Shown here in pieces: positions 51,963-62,306 of a DNA stretch of 64,000 nt. The stretch is from positions 1 through 64,000 of the forward strand of contig JAEOTA010000052.1 in NCBI GenBank assembly GCA_016840085.1, written 5' to 3'. Source of the DNA: Promethearchaeota archaeon. Its GTDB lineage: Archaea; Asgardarchaeota; Lokiarchaeia; Sigyniarchaeales; SOKP01. Each line of letters starts with the position of its first letter. Position 1 is the first letter of the stretch. Below the pieces are notes generated by a model that had not been told where the DNA came from, ran no database searches, and saw nothing but the letters and a program-made list of their open reading frames with translations. The position numbers and the translations under genes were made by a program.

Positions 51963-53381
51963 TTATTTTATTAATTTTAATCGCTTTTTAAACAGTATTA
52001 TTGAAACTAGGCCAACTACGCCGATCACTATATATATTGAGTATCCTGGAATTGCACCATCACTGGGTTCTTCCTCCTCTTCTTCCTCTTCCCCTACTTC
52101 TGCAGGTGATTCAATCTCAAAATAATCACTAAAAGTGTATGTAGAAGGATAAGAAGCATCAGAGATTTTTATCCGATATTGATCAGAATTATTGAGATCT
52201 GTTGGTATATCCCAAGTGTAAGAGCCATCGTTAGATGTACTTGCAATGATTCCCAACATAAACCCACCGTTCTTATAGAGTTCGATTTTTACGTTTGTAA
52301 TGGTACCTGTCGAGGTCCAAGTAATATTTTGAGAAGTACCTGTCTCCCATACAGATAGGCTATTAGGAATAGTGACTTTTATAGACTCAGGAGTGAATAT
52401 CTCAAAATAGGAGCTGAAATCGTAGGTGTCGGGATTCGCAACATCACTGATTTTTATCTGATATAGAGTAGAATCCACAAGGGTTGTAGGTATTAACCAA
52501 GAAAAATCACCATCATTAGGTATGCTTGCCACAATTTCCATAACAAATATATCATTCTCATATAATTCTATTTTGACATCAGAAATACTACCTGTTGATA
52601 TCCAGTTAATGGGATGAGAACTATCTGTTTCCCAAGAACTCGTAATATCAGGTGTATTAACAGTGAGAGAATCAGGATAAGTAAATAATATTGAAAAATC
52701 ATCAGTTAAATCGTTTAAGCCTTGATATGAATTATAATAATTTGTATCCACCCCTAAATTTAACCCACAAGTATATCCATTATCGAGATCCATATAATCA
52801 AGGTAATCGTAATTAAAAATGATACTTCCATTCTCATATAAAACCAGTTCAAATGATCCGAGTAAATATCCATGATAATGATCTACATTTAACCACTCCG
52901 CCACCCAATAAGTACCAAAAGATTGTACATAGATACTTCCACTGCCACCTGCATAAGCAATTCTTACATCATCCCAAAATGGAGCAATTACATAATGAAA
53001 CTTTGGATCTGCTAGAGGGAATTGTAAATTATTCCATTCCTCAGGATATTGATAAGTAAAACTAAAATATCCATTTGTACATAAATATATTTTAGAAAAT
53101 GTTTGATCATAAAAGGAAAAAGAAAATGGTAAAACTATTTCTTTCCAATGGTCTGTACTTAAAAGTAACTCCTCTCCACCAGAAGCATCTATCCAATTAT
53201 AGGGAGCTCCAAGAGTCATAGTATAATTGAAAATAGGCAAAGTATTAATTTTTACTCTATTCTCTTGAATTGAAATATCACTAGGATTAATTTCAATAAG
53301 TCTATTAGGAGTAAATAAACTTAGACAAAGCAGAAGAATAGTTGCTAAAATTACATAATCTATTTTTCTTACATTTTTCAT
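51963..53381 (-). CDS. Surface protein: nidogen-like domain + two Ser/Thr-rich Kre9/Knh1-like Ig domains + Loki-CTERM-like tail
   Basis: LPFSFSFY..TNGY..IAPFWDD; two INWISTG..VKIELY..NDG..W.IP repeats; poly-Glu linker; IPGY + TM + KKR. Confidence 0.8.
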   Translation of the reverse strand: MKNVRKIDYVILATILLLCLSLFTPNRLIEINPSDISIQENRVKINTLPIFNYTMTLGAPYNWIDASGGEELLLSTDHWKEIVLPFSFSFYDQTFSKIYLCTNGYFSFTYQYPEEWNNLQFPLADPKFHYVIAPFWDDVRIAYAGGSGSIYVQSFGTYWVAEWLNVDHYHGYLLGSFELVLYENGSIIFNYDYLDYMDLDNGYTCGLNLGVDTNYYNSYQGLNDLTDDFSILFTYPDSLTVNTPDITSSWETDSSHPINWISTGSISDVKIELYENDIFVMEIVASIPNDGDFSWLIPTTLVDSTLYQIKISDVANPDTYDFSSYFEIFTPESIKVTIPNSLSVWETGTSQNITWTSTGTITNVKIELYKNGGFMLGIIASTSNDGSYTWDIPTDLNNSDQYRIKISDASYPSTYTFSDYFEIESPAEVGEEEEEEEEPSDGAIPGYSIYIVIGVVGLVSIILFKKRLKLIK

Positions 53382-53556
53382 TAGCTTTCTCCCATTTTTG
53401 TAGATTTTTTCACATTTAAGTAGAATATACCCAAATGCTTAATATAGGTATAAGTATAGGTTATATTTAAAGGTATTAAGTCCAAAATTTAACAAAAACA
53501 ATTTAATTATAAGAAGAGAGATTTATTTATCTTTAATTAGATTTCCTTCTTTAATT

Positions 53557-54102
53557 CTAGTGATTAGATATTTGGTTTAAATTAGTATATTTTGCAATAT
53601 TTTTACGTTTTTTATCATTAATAATAAACTTTTGAAATTCACTATTATCATCATCGATAAATTCCCAAAATTCATCATAAATTTCTTTTAAAGTCATTTT
53701 TTTATTTTTAGTTTTAATACTAGTGTTTGGTTTATAGCCACTATTTTCTCTATTTTCAACCTTGTTTAGGGGGGCATACTTAACGTTATTACTGTCAAGA
53801 GTTATTGTTTCAAATAAGTTAGAATTATCTTTTTCTTTCTGATTGAAAGCTTTTACACCATTTCTTAGTTTTATTGAATTATCTTGATTTAATTCAAGAT
53901 CTACTTTTTGATATCCGCGAATTTGAAAATTCTTATCTACGAAAACCTGAAAATGATGGGGGCATATCAATCCTTTTTGGATTGAAACTGTAGTTAAATG
54001 ATTGTTATTTTTTAGTTCTCTTTCTGGAATACCGATGATATCTCTTGTTTTACAAATGGGACAGATTACTTGGATTTTATTGGTTTTGCAATAAACAACC
54101 AT
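53557..54102 (-). CDS. Lokiarchaeal Zn-finger domain protein
   Basis: CPIC..ICPHHFQVFVDKNFQIRGYQKVD. Confidence 0.65.
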   Translation of the reverse strand: MVVYCKTNKIQVICPICKTRDIIGIPERELKNNNHLTTVSIQKGLICPHHFQVFVDKNFQIRGYQKVDLELNQDNSIKLRNGVKAFNQKEKDNSNLFETITLDSNNVKYAPLNKVENRENSGYKPNTSIKTKNKKMTLKEIYDEFWEFIDDDNSEFQKFIINDKKRKNIAKYTNLNQISNH

Positions 54103-54199
54103 AATAATTATAGAAATAACAAGTTAAATCTAAGGATTAGTAATACTTCTAAATTGTAATATTTAAACTTATTATAAAATAAAAAGAATAATTAAAAAA

Positions 54200-55003
54200 T
54201 TAGTCCTTTAAAAACTTTTTTGATGAATATCTCATACCAAGAAAGAGAAAAAACAGTGAAAATATTAAACTTAAGGGTAAATTTCCAATAACAATATAAG
54301 CGAAATTGGGTGCTATTGAATAAAAATATAGCGTAATAGAAATCACGAGATAAATGAAGGAATTTAAGACCGCAATTTTCCAGTTTGGAGCTAAAAAGCC
54401 TAGAACTAAATTTGGAAGCAAAAATAAAATGATAATGTTTACTGTCGATAATAATATTAAATACGGCATAAATCTATCGAATAATTGTTCTGGAGTCACG
54501 AATCGGTTTAATCTAAAAAAATCATATATGAAGTATGTTACGTTGATACTCAATAGTATCAAAAAGTAAGACAAAGGCCCTGCGATCAACCAAGACATTA
54601 ACATTCTTATCCTAGGGGATTGCATGGTTTTCCCTTTTAAATTATTATTAATAATTCTTTCCATGTCATCAGGGAAAATTGTATTCGGGTCATAATCAGG
54701 CGAAAAAGCATCAATAAAATCTTGCATGATATTTGTAAGAATAAGTCTGACCAGCGCGTTATTATCATTATCACTTACAATAGCGGCTCCAAGAATTCTT
54801 TCTTCTGATATTGGTACTAAAATGAGTTTATTATTTTCCCCTAGATCAACATTTTTAACGATAGTTCCTAATGCCTCTCTGCTAAAGTTAGAGATTGATG
54901 AGAAAAAACCTATTAATATATTTTGATCGTATTTTTTTTTCATGTAATTTTTGGAATATAACAGGATTCCATTCTCATCCAAGATATATAAACTTTTTAT
55001 CAT
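54200..55003 (-). CDS. Longin-like domain fused to ~4 TM helices
   Basis: MIKSLYILDENGILLYSKNY..ILIGFFSSISNFSRE..LILTNIMQDFIDAF longin pattern; hydrophobic C-terminal half. Confidence 0.75.
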   Translation of the reverse strand: MIKSLYILDENGILLYSKNYMKKKYDQNILIGFFSSISNFSREALGTIVKNVDLGENNKLILVPISEERILGAAIVSDNDNNALVRLILTNIMQDFIDAFSPDYDPNTIFPDDMERIINNNLKGKTMQSPRIRMLMSWLIAGPLSYFLILLSINVTYFIYDFFRLNRFVTPEQLFDRFMPYLILLSTVNIIILFLLPNLVLGFLAPNWKIAVLNSFIYLVISITLYFYSIAPNFAYIVIGNLPLSLIFSLFFLFLGMRYSSKKFLKD

Positions 55004-55039
55004 AATTCACAACTTTTTTTATAATATTTTAATAAATTT

Positions 55040-56785
55040 TTATGTATTTTCAAAAAATTCCAAATAATCCCCTAAAGATGCCTTATATCTTTTAAAACTA
55101 AATAGATATTGACCAAATAATTCTGTTAATCGAATTACCATCTGATTAGGGTCAGAGTTTAAATATAATTTATATTTTTCATTTTTTCGTTCTTCTCTGA
55201 TTTTAGCTATTTCCTCAAATTTAAAAAGTTTTTTTATCAATTTTTCATCAGGATGATTTAATTCAATTGTTATTATTTCACCAGATTGAGGTAATTCTTC
55301 AATTAGTTTATTATATGTTCCAATCTTAGATTCATCTTTACTAATAGTCAATATCTGATCGCAATTTGATACAATTCCTTCAGGGCCATGAAATACTAAT
55401 ATCACACGGAATTCTTTTTTAATTTTCTCTATGTAATTATTAAATTTTTCATATTCTAGTCGATCTAAAATTATAAGTGGTATCAAAAACGTAATTATTG
55501 AGGGTGATTGAAGTAAGGCTCTTCCAATTGAAAATAAGAGAAATTCTAATTGTGTTAATTTTGAAAATCTTTTATTCTTTTTATTTAATAATCCCGTAAC
55601 TTCTAAAGCACTGTTGATATACGCTCTTTTTTTGAAAATCATTCTCATTGCTGCTTTTGCAAATAAATCACTCATAATTTCATCTAAACTAGGAGTTATT
55701 CCTGCTTTTTTTAAAATTTGGTTTAAAATTGATTTCTTCTGTTCAATAATTTCTTTAATATTTATACCATAGTAGATTGCTTTCTTAATTTTCATATTTA
55801 GTATTTTTGATTCATAGGCTTGAGGTAAAATAAAGATGCTCTCTTTTTCCTTTTTTTCTAATAATTGAATAGGCGTTCCAAAAATTTCAATAGTTCCAGA
55901 AAAATCGGAGTAACTACCAGAAATAGCTTGAAATAAATTCAAAATATCATAATCATGACTTACATTCTTCAAGTGTTCATCTTCAAAAATTATCCCTATT
56001 GATTTACCTTTATGAATTTTAAATGAAACATTCTTAATACTATCATTTATGGATAGGTTTTTAATAACTAAATATTGAGAGTGTTCCCTTAATAGATCAA
56101 TTTTAAGACGTCTTGATACAAGTTCACATACTTTTTCGATTAATTGATAAATATGTGGTGGATTTATTTCATTCCAATTTTTAATTATCTCTTCTTCATT
56201 AAACTCTCTTTCTTTTAAAACTTTTAAAAGTGTTTTTGAAAAAGAAAATGACGGAATAAGAGGATAATTTTCAAAATTTACCTTTAGTTCTATAACAAAA
56301 TAAGGGAAAGATATTCTTATTTCTTTATGATAAGGATTATTATCAATTACATAATTTTCAAATTTTTCATCAATTAATTTTGCTTCAGTTTCTAGAAGAG
56401 CCAGATGTTTTTGAAATTCCCTTCTAATTAATTTCCTCATACGTCCTATAATTTTACTTGGACTAACAAGACCATCTTCATCAAAATCAGGTTCCACAAT
56501 AATTTCATTAAAATCAATTTCCTCTTCTATTGGAGTATAAATTTCTAATAATGGCACTCCTTTTTCCATAACATCTTTGTTTGTAAAGAATAATACTTCA
56601 AAAAAGGATTTTTTATAAATTAAATTCAAAATTGATGCAATACCAAATGTATTTTCTCTATAAGTCATCCAAAAACGTCTAGAAAATCTAATTGCGTCTA
56701 AAATTTTTAATCTTAGACGCTCCAATTCAATGTTTCTCGGTTCCTCCATTAATTTAGCTTTTTTTAATGCACTAGAGTTTTTCAA
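55040..56785 (-). CDS. UBC/RWD-like domains fused to a degenerate ABC ATPase
   Basis: VNFENYPLIPSFSF..IKNWNEINPPHIYQLI; ABC fold (NVSFKIHKG, IGRALLQSP) with Walker A, signature and Walker B lost. TTG start after GGAGGTG. Confidence 0.7.
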   Translation of the reverse strand: MKNSSALKKAKLMEEPRNIELERLRLKILDAIRFSRRFWMTYRENTFGIASILNLIYKKSFFEVLFFTNKDVMEKGVPLLEIYTPIEEEIDFNEIIVEPDFDEDGLVSPSKIIGRMRKLIRREFQKHLALLETEAKLIDEKFENYVIDNNPYHKEIRISFPYFVIELKVNFENYPLIPSFSFSKTLLKVLKEREFNEEEIIKNWNEINPPHIYQLIEKVCELVSRRLKIDLLREHSQYLVIKNLSINDSIKNVSFKIHKGKSIGIIFEDEHLKNVSHDYDILNLFQAISGSYSDFSGTIEIFGTPIQLLEKKEKESIFILPQAYESKILNMKIKKAIYYGINIKEIIEQKKSILNQILKKAGITPSLDEIMSDLFAKAAMRMIFKKRAYINSALEVTGLLNKKNKRFSKLTQLEFLLFSIGRALLQSPSIITFLIPLIILDRLEYEKFNNYIEKIKKEFRVILVFHGPEGIVSNCDQILTISKDESKIGTYNKLIEELPQSGEIITIELNHPDEKLIKKLFKFEEIAKIREERKNEKYKLYLNSDPNQMVIRLTELFGQYLFSFKRYKASLGDYLEFFENT

Positions 56786-59700
56786 CTTTAGGCACCTCCA
56801 TTGCTTTATAACGGAAATATTGTTCCATTTTAGAATCAATTTGTTTTATTTCTTGAATTGAATCTTTACCTGTCTCTTCTTCAATTTTTTCTATCAGATC
56901 ATCAATATTTAAATTAGTAAATATTGAAAAATCTGTACCTGCTTTGTTTTCTAAAACCTTTTCTATCCCTTCAATCATTTCAAGTCTTTCTATCATATTC
57001 TCTTGTATATCAGTGAAAATTATTTCAATTGACCTGCCTTTCCCAGGTAAATTACTTAAAAGCATTTTAGGATCTCCATAATCTATCATTCCACGTTTTC
57101 TACCAAAAATTGCGACAAGATTACAAAATCTGGATTCTTCAGGATAATGTGTTATAACTACTAATGTTGTATTAAATTGTTCATTAATTTTTGTTAATAC
57201 AATCCATAGATGCTCCCTTACCACAGGATCAAGACCTGACGTCGGTTCATCACATATTAAGAACATAGGAGAATGAATTAATCCTATTGCGATACTAACC
57301 CGTCTTTTTTGTCCACCCGACAGATTTTTGACTAATTCATCCATTTTATCTTCAATTTCCAAGCTACGTAAAATTCTTTTAGCTTTACTTATTATTTCTT
57401 TTTCTGTAAGCCCATATTGATTCCCAAAATATAATAAATTCTCAAACGTCGTAAAATTGTGGTATATTTTACCTAAATCTTGCGGGACATAACCATATAT
57501 AGGTCGAATTCTTCTTGATGTACTTCTATTCATATCCATTCCATACACTTGACAGAATCCTGTAATTTTTCTCATACCGAGTAAACCTTTAATGAAAGTA
57601 GATTTACCGGCACCACTCTCTCCTAAAATTCCTAATATTCTACCGTGTTCTACATTCATAGAGACAGAATCTACGATTAGCTTTCCCCCTGCATAAACAC
57701 TTAAATTTTCACAATTTATGGCAGAAAGTTTTTCTAAATAAACTTTATTAAGTTTTCCACCAATTCCTAATAATAACTTAATCCTTTGTGGTATTGAAAG
57801 TCTTTGATACAATTTGAATAAAATGAATAAAGCAATTCCAGCAGCTTCTAGTAATAAGATATAAATTAATAATTGTGTCCATGGTTTAGAATCAAAACTC
57901 TGGTCATATTTTAATTCATCTATGATTATAATACCATTAGCAGTATTTCTTAAATCTCCCCCAAATCCTGGATTATCTCCAACTCCTCCTGTATTTGAAC
58001 TAATACATTGAGCAAACCAATTTAATGTATTTCTAATATTTTCGGGTTGAAATCTATAATCATAAAGACCTTTTGATCCAAAATATGTTATTAAAAATGT
58101 TGATGGCAATCCTAAATAGGCTCCAAGGGCGGGTAAAACTGAAAATGAACCATCAGAAGTCTGTGCATTTTTTAAAAATTCGATTGAAGCTATTTTAGAC
58201 ATTGGTTCAGAATTTAATAAATCTGTAAATATCTCTAATGCAAAATACGTTGAAATCACATCACTATGAAATCCCACAAATATTGAAAATCCACCATCAG
58301 GATTTTGACATGATCTCAACCAATGAGTAAGATTAACATTATCGATAAAAGCTAACCTGTCAAGAATATCAAGTGAATATAATCCCCAATATGTACTCTC
58401 CATAGTAGAAATGTTGGAATTAATGAAATACAAGAAAACTTGATGAAATGGACCATACATTGATAAAATTACATCCACATCTCCCCCGATCTTAAAACCA
58501 CCATCAGGATTCTGGAGATCAACCAAATATTTTGTTATATTCCCAATTTCAAATTCATCAAACCATTTATTAGTAGAAGGGTAAAGCATGTTGTAAATAT
58601 TCAACCCACAATAAGTAGCAAATAGAGTTGTGTTTTCCCCTGGAGTGGATGCAAAACCTCCTTCATATTGATTATAACATTGGTCAACAAAGAGCAAAAT
58701 ATTCTCTAAGATATCTTTAGTAATGAAATCTTCATCAATATATACAGAATTATATTTATAAAGTGCAGATACTCCATAAAAATTAGCTTCAATCGTCGTA
58801 CGACCAAATAAAGAATTTTTACCTTGAAACAAATGAAGCCATTCATAATATCTTAAAGTAGAATTTATAATATCATTATTATTTATTAATTTATCTTGTT
58901 TGAGAATTTCAATTGATTTCAGTGCAGCCCATCCAGGAGTAAAATCTGAAATAGAATCTGATCCCGGACGTGATCCAAAACCTCCATCTGAATTAGAGCA
59001 GTTAATAATATATTCAAGGGTTTTATTCTCATTAAAAGATAAAGGTTTTGGTAAATTTAGTATTTTTAAAGATGATAAAGCATAATATGTTGATTCTACA
59101 TCAGAAACTCCCCCTGGAATGTTTGCAAATCCTCCATCTATAATACTATAAAGTGACCCTATATAAATCCAAATTGCAAATTCTTCTGTAGCTGTATAAG
59201 TCATGTTCATTCCAAGAAAAGCTTTTATTCCATAATATGTTATTTCGGCTGATGCAATACTCAGATCATCATTCGTTAATTTATAGCTACCAGCAAGCCA
59301 AGTGGCATTAATATATTTTGATATGTTTTCATTTTTGAGAACAACACCAGCATTTAACATATTCGCCAAATCAATAGCACAAGATGTAGAAATTATATCT
59401 GATTCATTAAGGAATGATATTAACTTAAACCCCTCGCCATTATCTTTCAAGGAATTATTAAGATAATTTACAATATTTTCTGTCTTATTTTGTTGAATTT
59501 TTCGATTCAAATAAGATTTATTGGCAATCTCAAGAGTTTTTATTGCACTATGGGTAGAAATCATACTCCCAAGTCCACCCACATCTGAATATGAACCATC
59601 GTAGTTTTGTTTTTCAAAAATATAATCAAAAAAGATATTTGGTCTTAGTTTTCTTATGTATTTATTTGAAATATTATTAGGATTTTCTAAACTAGAAGAA

Positions 59701-59966
59701 AATTCCTCAGCAATAGAAAAGTTTATTGAGTCAATTGCTCTGAAATTTGAATCTAAATTAGGTTCAATAAATAAGCCAAGATCATTTTGATGAGTCCATG
59801 CAAAAAAAGCAACGTTATCTTTAATGAATTTAACATCATCTTCTTCTATGTATGATGTATAACGAACATTCACTAGCGCTAATGTAATAATAGGTACACC
59901 AACGAGAATACCTAGAATTATTATTAATTTTAGTAATCGCTTACTTTTGCGACCTAAACTTATTAT
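56772..59966 (-). CDS. TM - prenyltransferase/squalene-cyclase-like repeat toroid - TM - ABC ATPase fusion
   Basis: Repeats QNYDGSY, CSNSDGGF, QNPDGGF x2, QTSDGSF; GESGAGKS, LSGGQ, ICDEP. The frame extends upstream of GTG 59873 through a TM to ATA 59966. Confidence 0.85.
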   Translation of the reverse strand: MISLGRKSKRLLKLIIILGILVGVPIITLALVNVRYTSYIEEDDVKFIKDNVAFFAWTHQNDLGLFIEPNLDSNFRAIDSINFSIAEEFSSSLENPNNISNKYIRKLRPNIFFDYIFEKQNYDGSYSDVGGLGSMISTHSAIKTLEIANKSYLNRKIQQNKTENIVNYLNNSLKDNGEGFKLISFLNESDIISTSCAIDLANMLNAGVVLKNENISKYINATWLAGSYKLTNDDLSIASAEITYYGIKAFLGMNMTYTATEEFAIWIYIGSLYSIIDGGFANIPGGVSDVESTYYALSSLKILNLPKPLSFNENKTLEYIINCSNSDGGFGSRPGSDSISDFTPGWAALKSIEILKQDKLINNNDIINSTLRYYEWLHLFQGKNSLFGRTTIEANFYGVSALYKYNSVYIDEDFITKDILENILLFVDQCYNQYEGGFASTPGENTTLFATYCGLNIYNMLYPSTNKWFDEFEIGNITKYLVDLQNPDGGFKIGGDVDVILSMYGPFHQVFLYFINSNISTMESTYWGLYSLDILDRLAFIDNVNLTHWLRSCQNPDGGFSIFVGFHSDVISTYFALEIFTDLLNSEPMSKIASIEFLKNAQTSDGSFSVLPALGAYLGLPSTFLITYFGSKGLYDYRFQPENIRNTLNWFAQCISSNTGGVGDNPGFGGDLRNTANGIIIIDELKYDQSFDSKPWTQLLIYILLLEAAGIALFILFKLYQRLSIPQRIKLLLGIGGKLNKVYLEKLSAINCENLSVYAGGKLIVDSVSMNVEHGRILGILGESGAGKSTFIKGLLGMRKITGFCQVYGMDMNRSTSRRIRPIYGYVPQDLGKIYHNFTTFENLLYFGNQYGLTEKEIISKAKRILRSLEIEDKMDELVKNLSGGQKRRVSIAIGLIHSPMFLICDEPTSGLDPVVREHLWIVLTKINEQFNTTLVVITHYPEESRFCNLVAIFGRKRGMIDYGDPKMLLSNLPGKGRSIEIIFTDIQENMIERLEMIEGIEKVLENKAGTDFSIFTNLNIDDLIEKIEEETGKDSIQEIKQIDSKMEQYFRYKAMEVPKVEKL

Positions 59967-60997
59967 TTTTTTATCACCTTCACGTTCTCGAGACTTTTTT
60001 CTTTTTCTTCTTCCATTTGAATCCGTATTTGAAAGTATCGTCTAAAAGTAGCAATGTCTTTACTCATTGATTTAACAATTATATTATTTTCAATCATATA
60101 GTGAATCAATTTTGGCAGATTTTCTTCAAAATCTCCCAAGAGAACTTCAATTGCTTCATTTCCAACCCTAATAATTCTTCTTATCGGTGGAAAATTTCTA
60201 ATAAATTCGATAATCCTTTCATTTAGATTTTCAATTGTAAATCTTGCTATTAATCCTTCACTTGGTAAAGAGGAAATTAGGTTTTGAGAAGTATCAAACT
60301 CTAATAGCTTTCCTTCCCTTAGAATAGCCGCTTTATCACATATTAAAGCGGCTTCCAAATCATGTGTAATTATAAACATCGTTGTATTCAATTTCTGGTT
60401 TAATTTCTTTAAATAACTTAGTATATCATAGCGTTTTGAAGCGTCAACCCCCGTTGTTGGCTCATCTAGGAATAGAACGTCGGGGTTATGAATTAATCCG
60501 ATAGCCATTGATAATCGCTTTTTTTCTCCCCCACTCATCCGTTTAACACTCTTATTCCATGTATCTTCAGGGATATCAAGGATTTTAAATAACCTTTCAG
60601 CAGTTTCTTGTGCTTTTTGTTTATTCATTCCATAGGTAGATGTGAAAACTTCTACATTTACCATCGGATCTAATTCAAAATACAAATTCAACAATTCGAG
60701 TTGTGGAACATAACCGATATTGCTAAGAATCCGAGCATGGTTACTCTTTTTTTCAGGAGATAACCCAGTTACCTTCACCGTTCCAGTCCAATGCTTTTTT
60801 TCGATTTGACATGTCATTACTCTCACTATAGTTGTTTTTCCAGCTCCTGAGATTCCAAAAAGTCCAATAATTTCTCCCTGATTAACAACAAAGGAAACAT
60901 CATGAACAACATGTTTTTCACCGAATTTAACATTTAGATCCCTAACATCTACCATTCTCTTTTTTGATTTCAATGAAATGATATTTCTACACCTCAT
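59963..60997 (-). CDS. ABC transporter ATP-binding protein
   Basis: GISGAGKT, VPQ, MSGGE, FLDEP, ITH; exact start uncertain. Confidence 0.93.
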   Translation of the reverse strand: MRCRNIISLKSKKRMVDVRDLNVKFGEKHVVHDVSFVVNQGEIIGLFGISGAGKTTIVRVMTCQIEKKHWTGTVKVTGLSPEKKSNHARILSNIGYVPQLELLNLYFELDPMVNVEVFTSTYGMNKQKAQETAERLFKILDIPEDTWNKSVKRMSGGEKKRLSMAIGLIHNPDVLFLDEPTTGVDASKRYDILSYLKKLNQKLNTTMFIITHDLEAALICDKAAILREGKLLEFDTSQNLISSLPSEGLIARFTIENLNERIIEFIRNFPPIRRIIRVGNEAIEVLLGDFEENLPKLIHYMIENNIIVKSMSKDIATFRRYFQIRIQMEEEKEKSLENVKVIKK

Positions 60998-62306
60998 ATT
61001 GTCTTCTTTTGAAAATTAAAAAGGAAACCACTATTAACACTATACTAATTGCTAATAACCAAAAGAAGTGGAGTCCAAATATAGACTGACCTTTTTGAAT
61101 TATGCCACGAAGCAACGGGTCTCCATGAGATAATGGTAGAATATATGCGATAACTTGTAAATAGGGAGGCATGTTTTCAATAGGAATGAATATACCACTT
61201 AATAAAACAGCCACAAGAAAAGTAGCGAGAAATAATTGGTTAGCCTGAGTTTTTGTTTTGCTTTGTGAACTAATAAAAACACCCATCGTTAATCCAGAAA
61301 ACCCTATCATAAACAACGCTAGAAATAAATCTGGGATGGTACCAGCTACATATAAACCCATAGATAAACCGCTAATTATTAATAGAGTAACTTGAAATAG
61401 TAATACAAGGGTATAGGTGATATATTTAGAAAGTAAAATCTCTGATCTCTTTACAGGAGTAAGTAAAAGTCGTGCTATTGGTTTCTCCTGGACAATTACT
61501 AAAATAGATAACACTAATGCAATACCAAAAACCATAAAAGAGAGAGCCATAATTATGCTAGTATTGAAATTTCTGCTATACCCTTCAGGAATAGCAAATT
61601 CTTCAAACCCTTGAACCGTAAATTGTGGAGTCAGATTATTGTCATTTATGAATATTTTGATTGAATCATAGACAGAATTTAGATTCTGTTGAATATATTG
61701 AATATTTGAGGAATCAGGAATACAATCGATCAAACCAGGTAATCCCCATTCTAGGAATTCAGTAAAATCGACCGGTAATGATATGATAACATTGATTGTT
61801 CCTGATAGTAATTCATTTCTAGCCTCTTCCATAGCATAAATTTCCTCTGTTGCATTATAAAATCGAACTAATTCAAGCATTTTTGATTTATTTACTGCGT
61901 CTACATACGGCATAGTATAGTTATCTAATTTTGATTCAGTAAAGTCATTTTGATTGATAAATGTATTAGAATCATAAGATATTAATATACAGGGTATGGC
62001 GTCGGTTTCTTGAGGCACATCTGTCAATGTAAAGCCCAACATGATAATTATTAAAGGGGGCATCACAATTGCTAGGAATAAATTGAATTTATCCGTCCAT
62101 AAAAGCCTAAACTCTTTTTTAACTTGTTTTAAGATTCTAAGAGCATTGGTTTTTAAACCTGAAATTTTTTTAATAACTTTTTTAGAATCAGGTTTTAATG
62201 TTAATATTCTATTTTTGACTTTTTCAAGATTTGGTTTTAATTTCGAAAATTTATTTTTGAATTTTTTAATACCAGGCTTTAAAGATCTCTTCTTCAATTT
62301 TGTCAT
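60987..62306 (-). CDS. ABC-2 type permease
   Basis: TM1, large external loop, EK..RLLLTP..EILLSK, LSGIFIPIENMP..LPLSH. Confidence 0.92.
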   Translation of the reverse strand: MTKLKKRSLKPGIKKFKNKFSKLKPNLEKVKNRILTLKPDSKKVIKKISGLKTNALRILKQVKKEFRLLWTDKFNLFLAIVMPPLIIIMLGFTLTDVPQETDAIPCILISYDSNTFINQNDFTESKLDNYTMPYVDAVNKSKMLELVRFYNATEEIYAMEEARNELLSGTINVIISLPVDFTEFLEWGLPGLIDCIPDSSNIQYIQQNLNSVYDSIKIFINDNNLTPQFTVQGFEEFAIPEGYSRNFNTSIIMALSFMVFGIALVLSILVIVQEKPIARLLLTPVKRSEILLSKYITYTLVLLFQVTLLIISGLSMGLYVAGTIPDLFLALFMIGFSGLTMGVFISSQSKTKTQANQLFLATFLVAVLLSGIFIPIENMPPYLQVIAYILPLSHGDPLLRGIIQKGQSIFGLHFFWLLAISIVLIVVSFLIFKRRQYEV

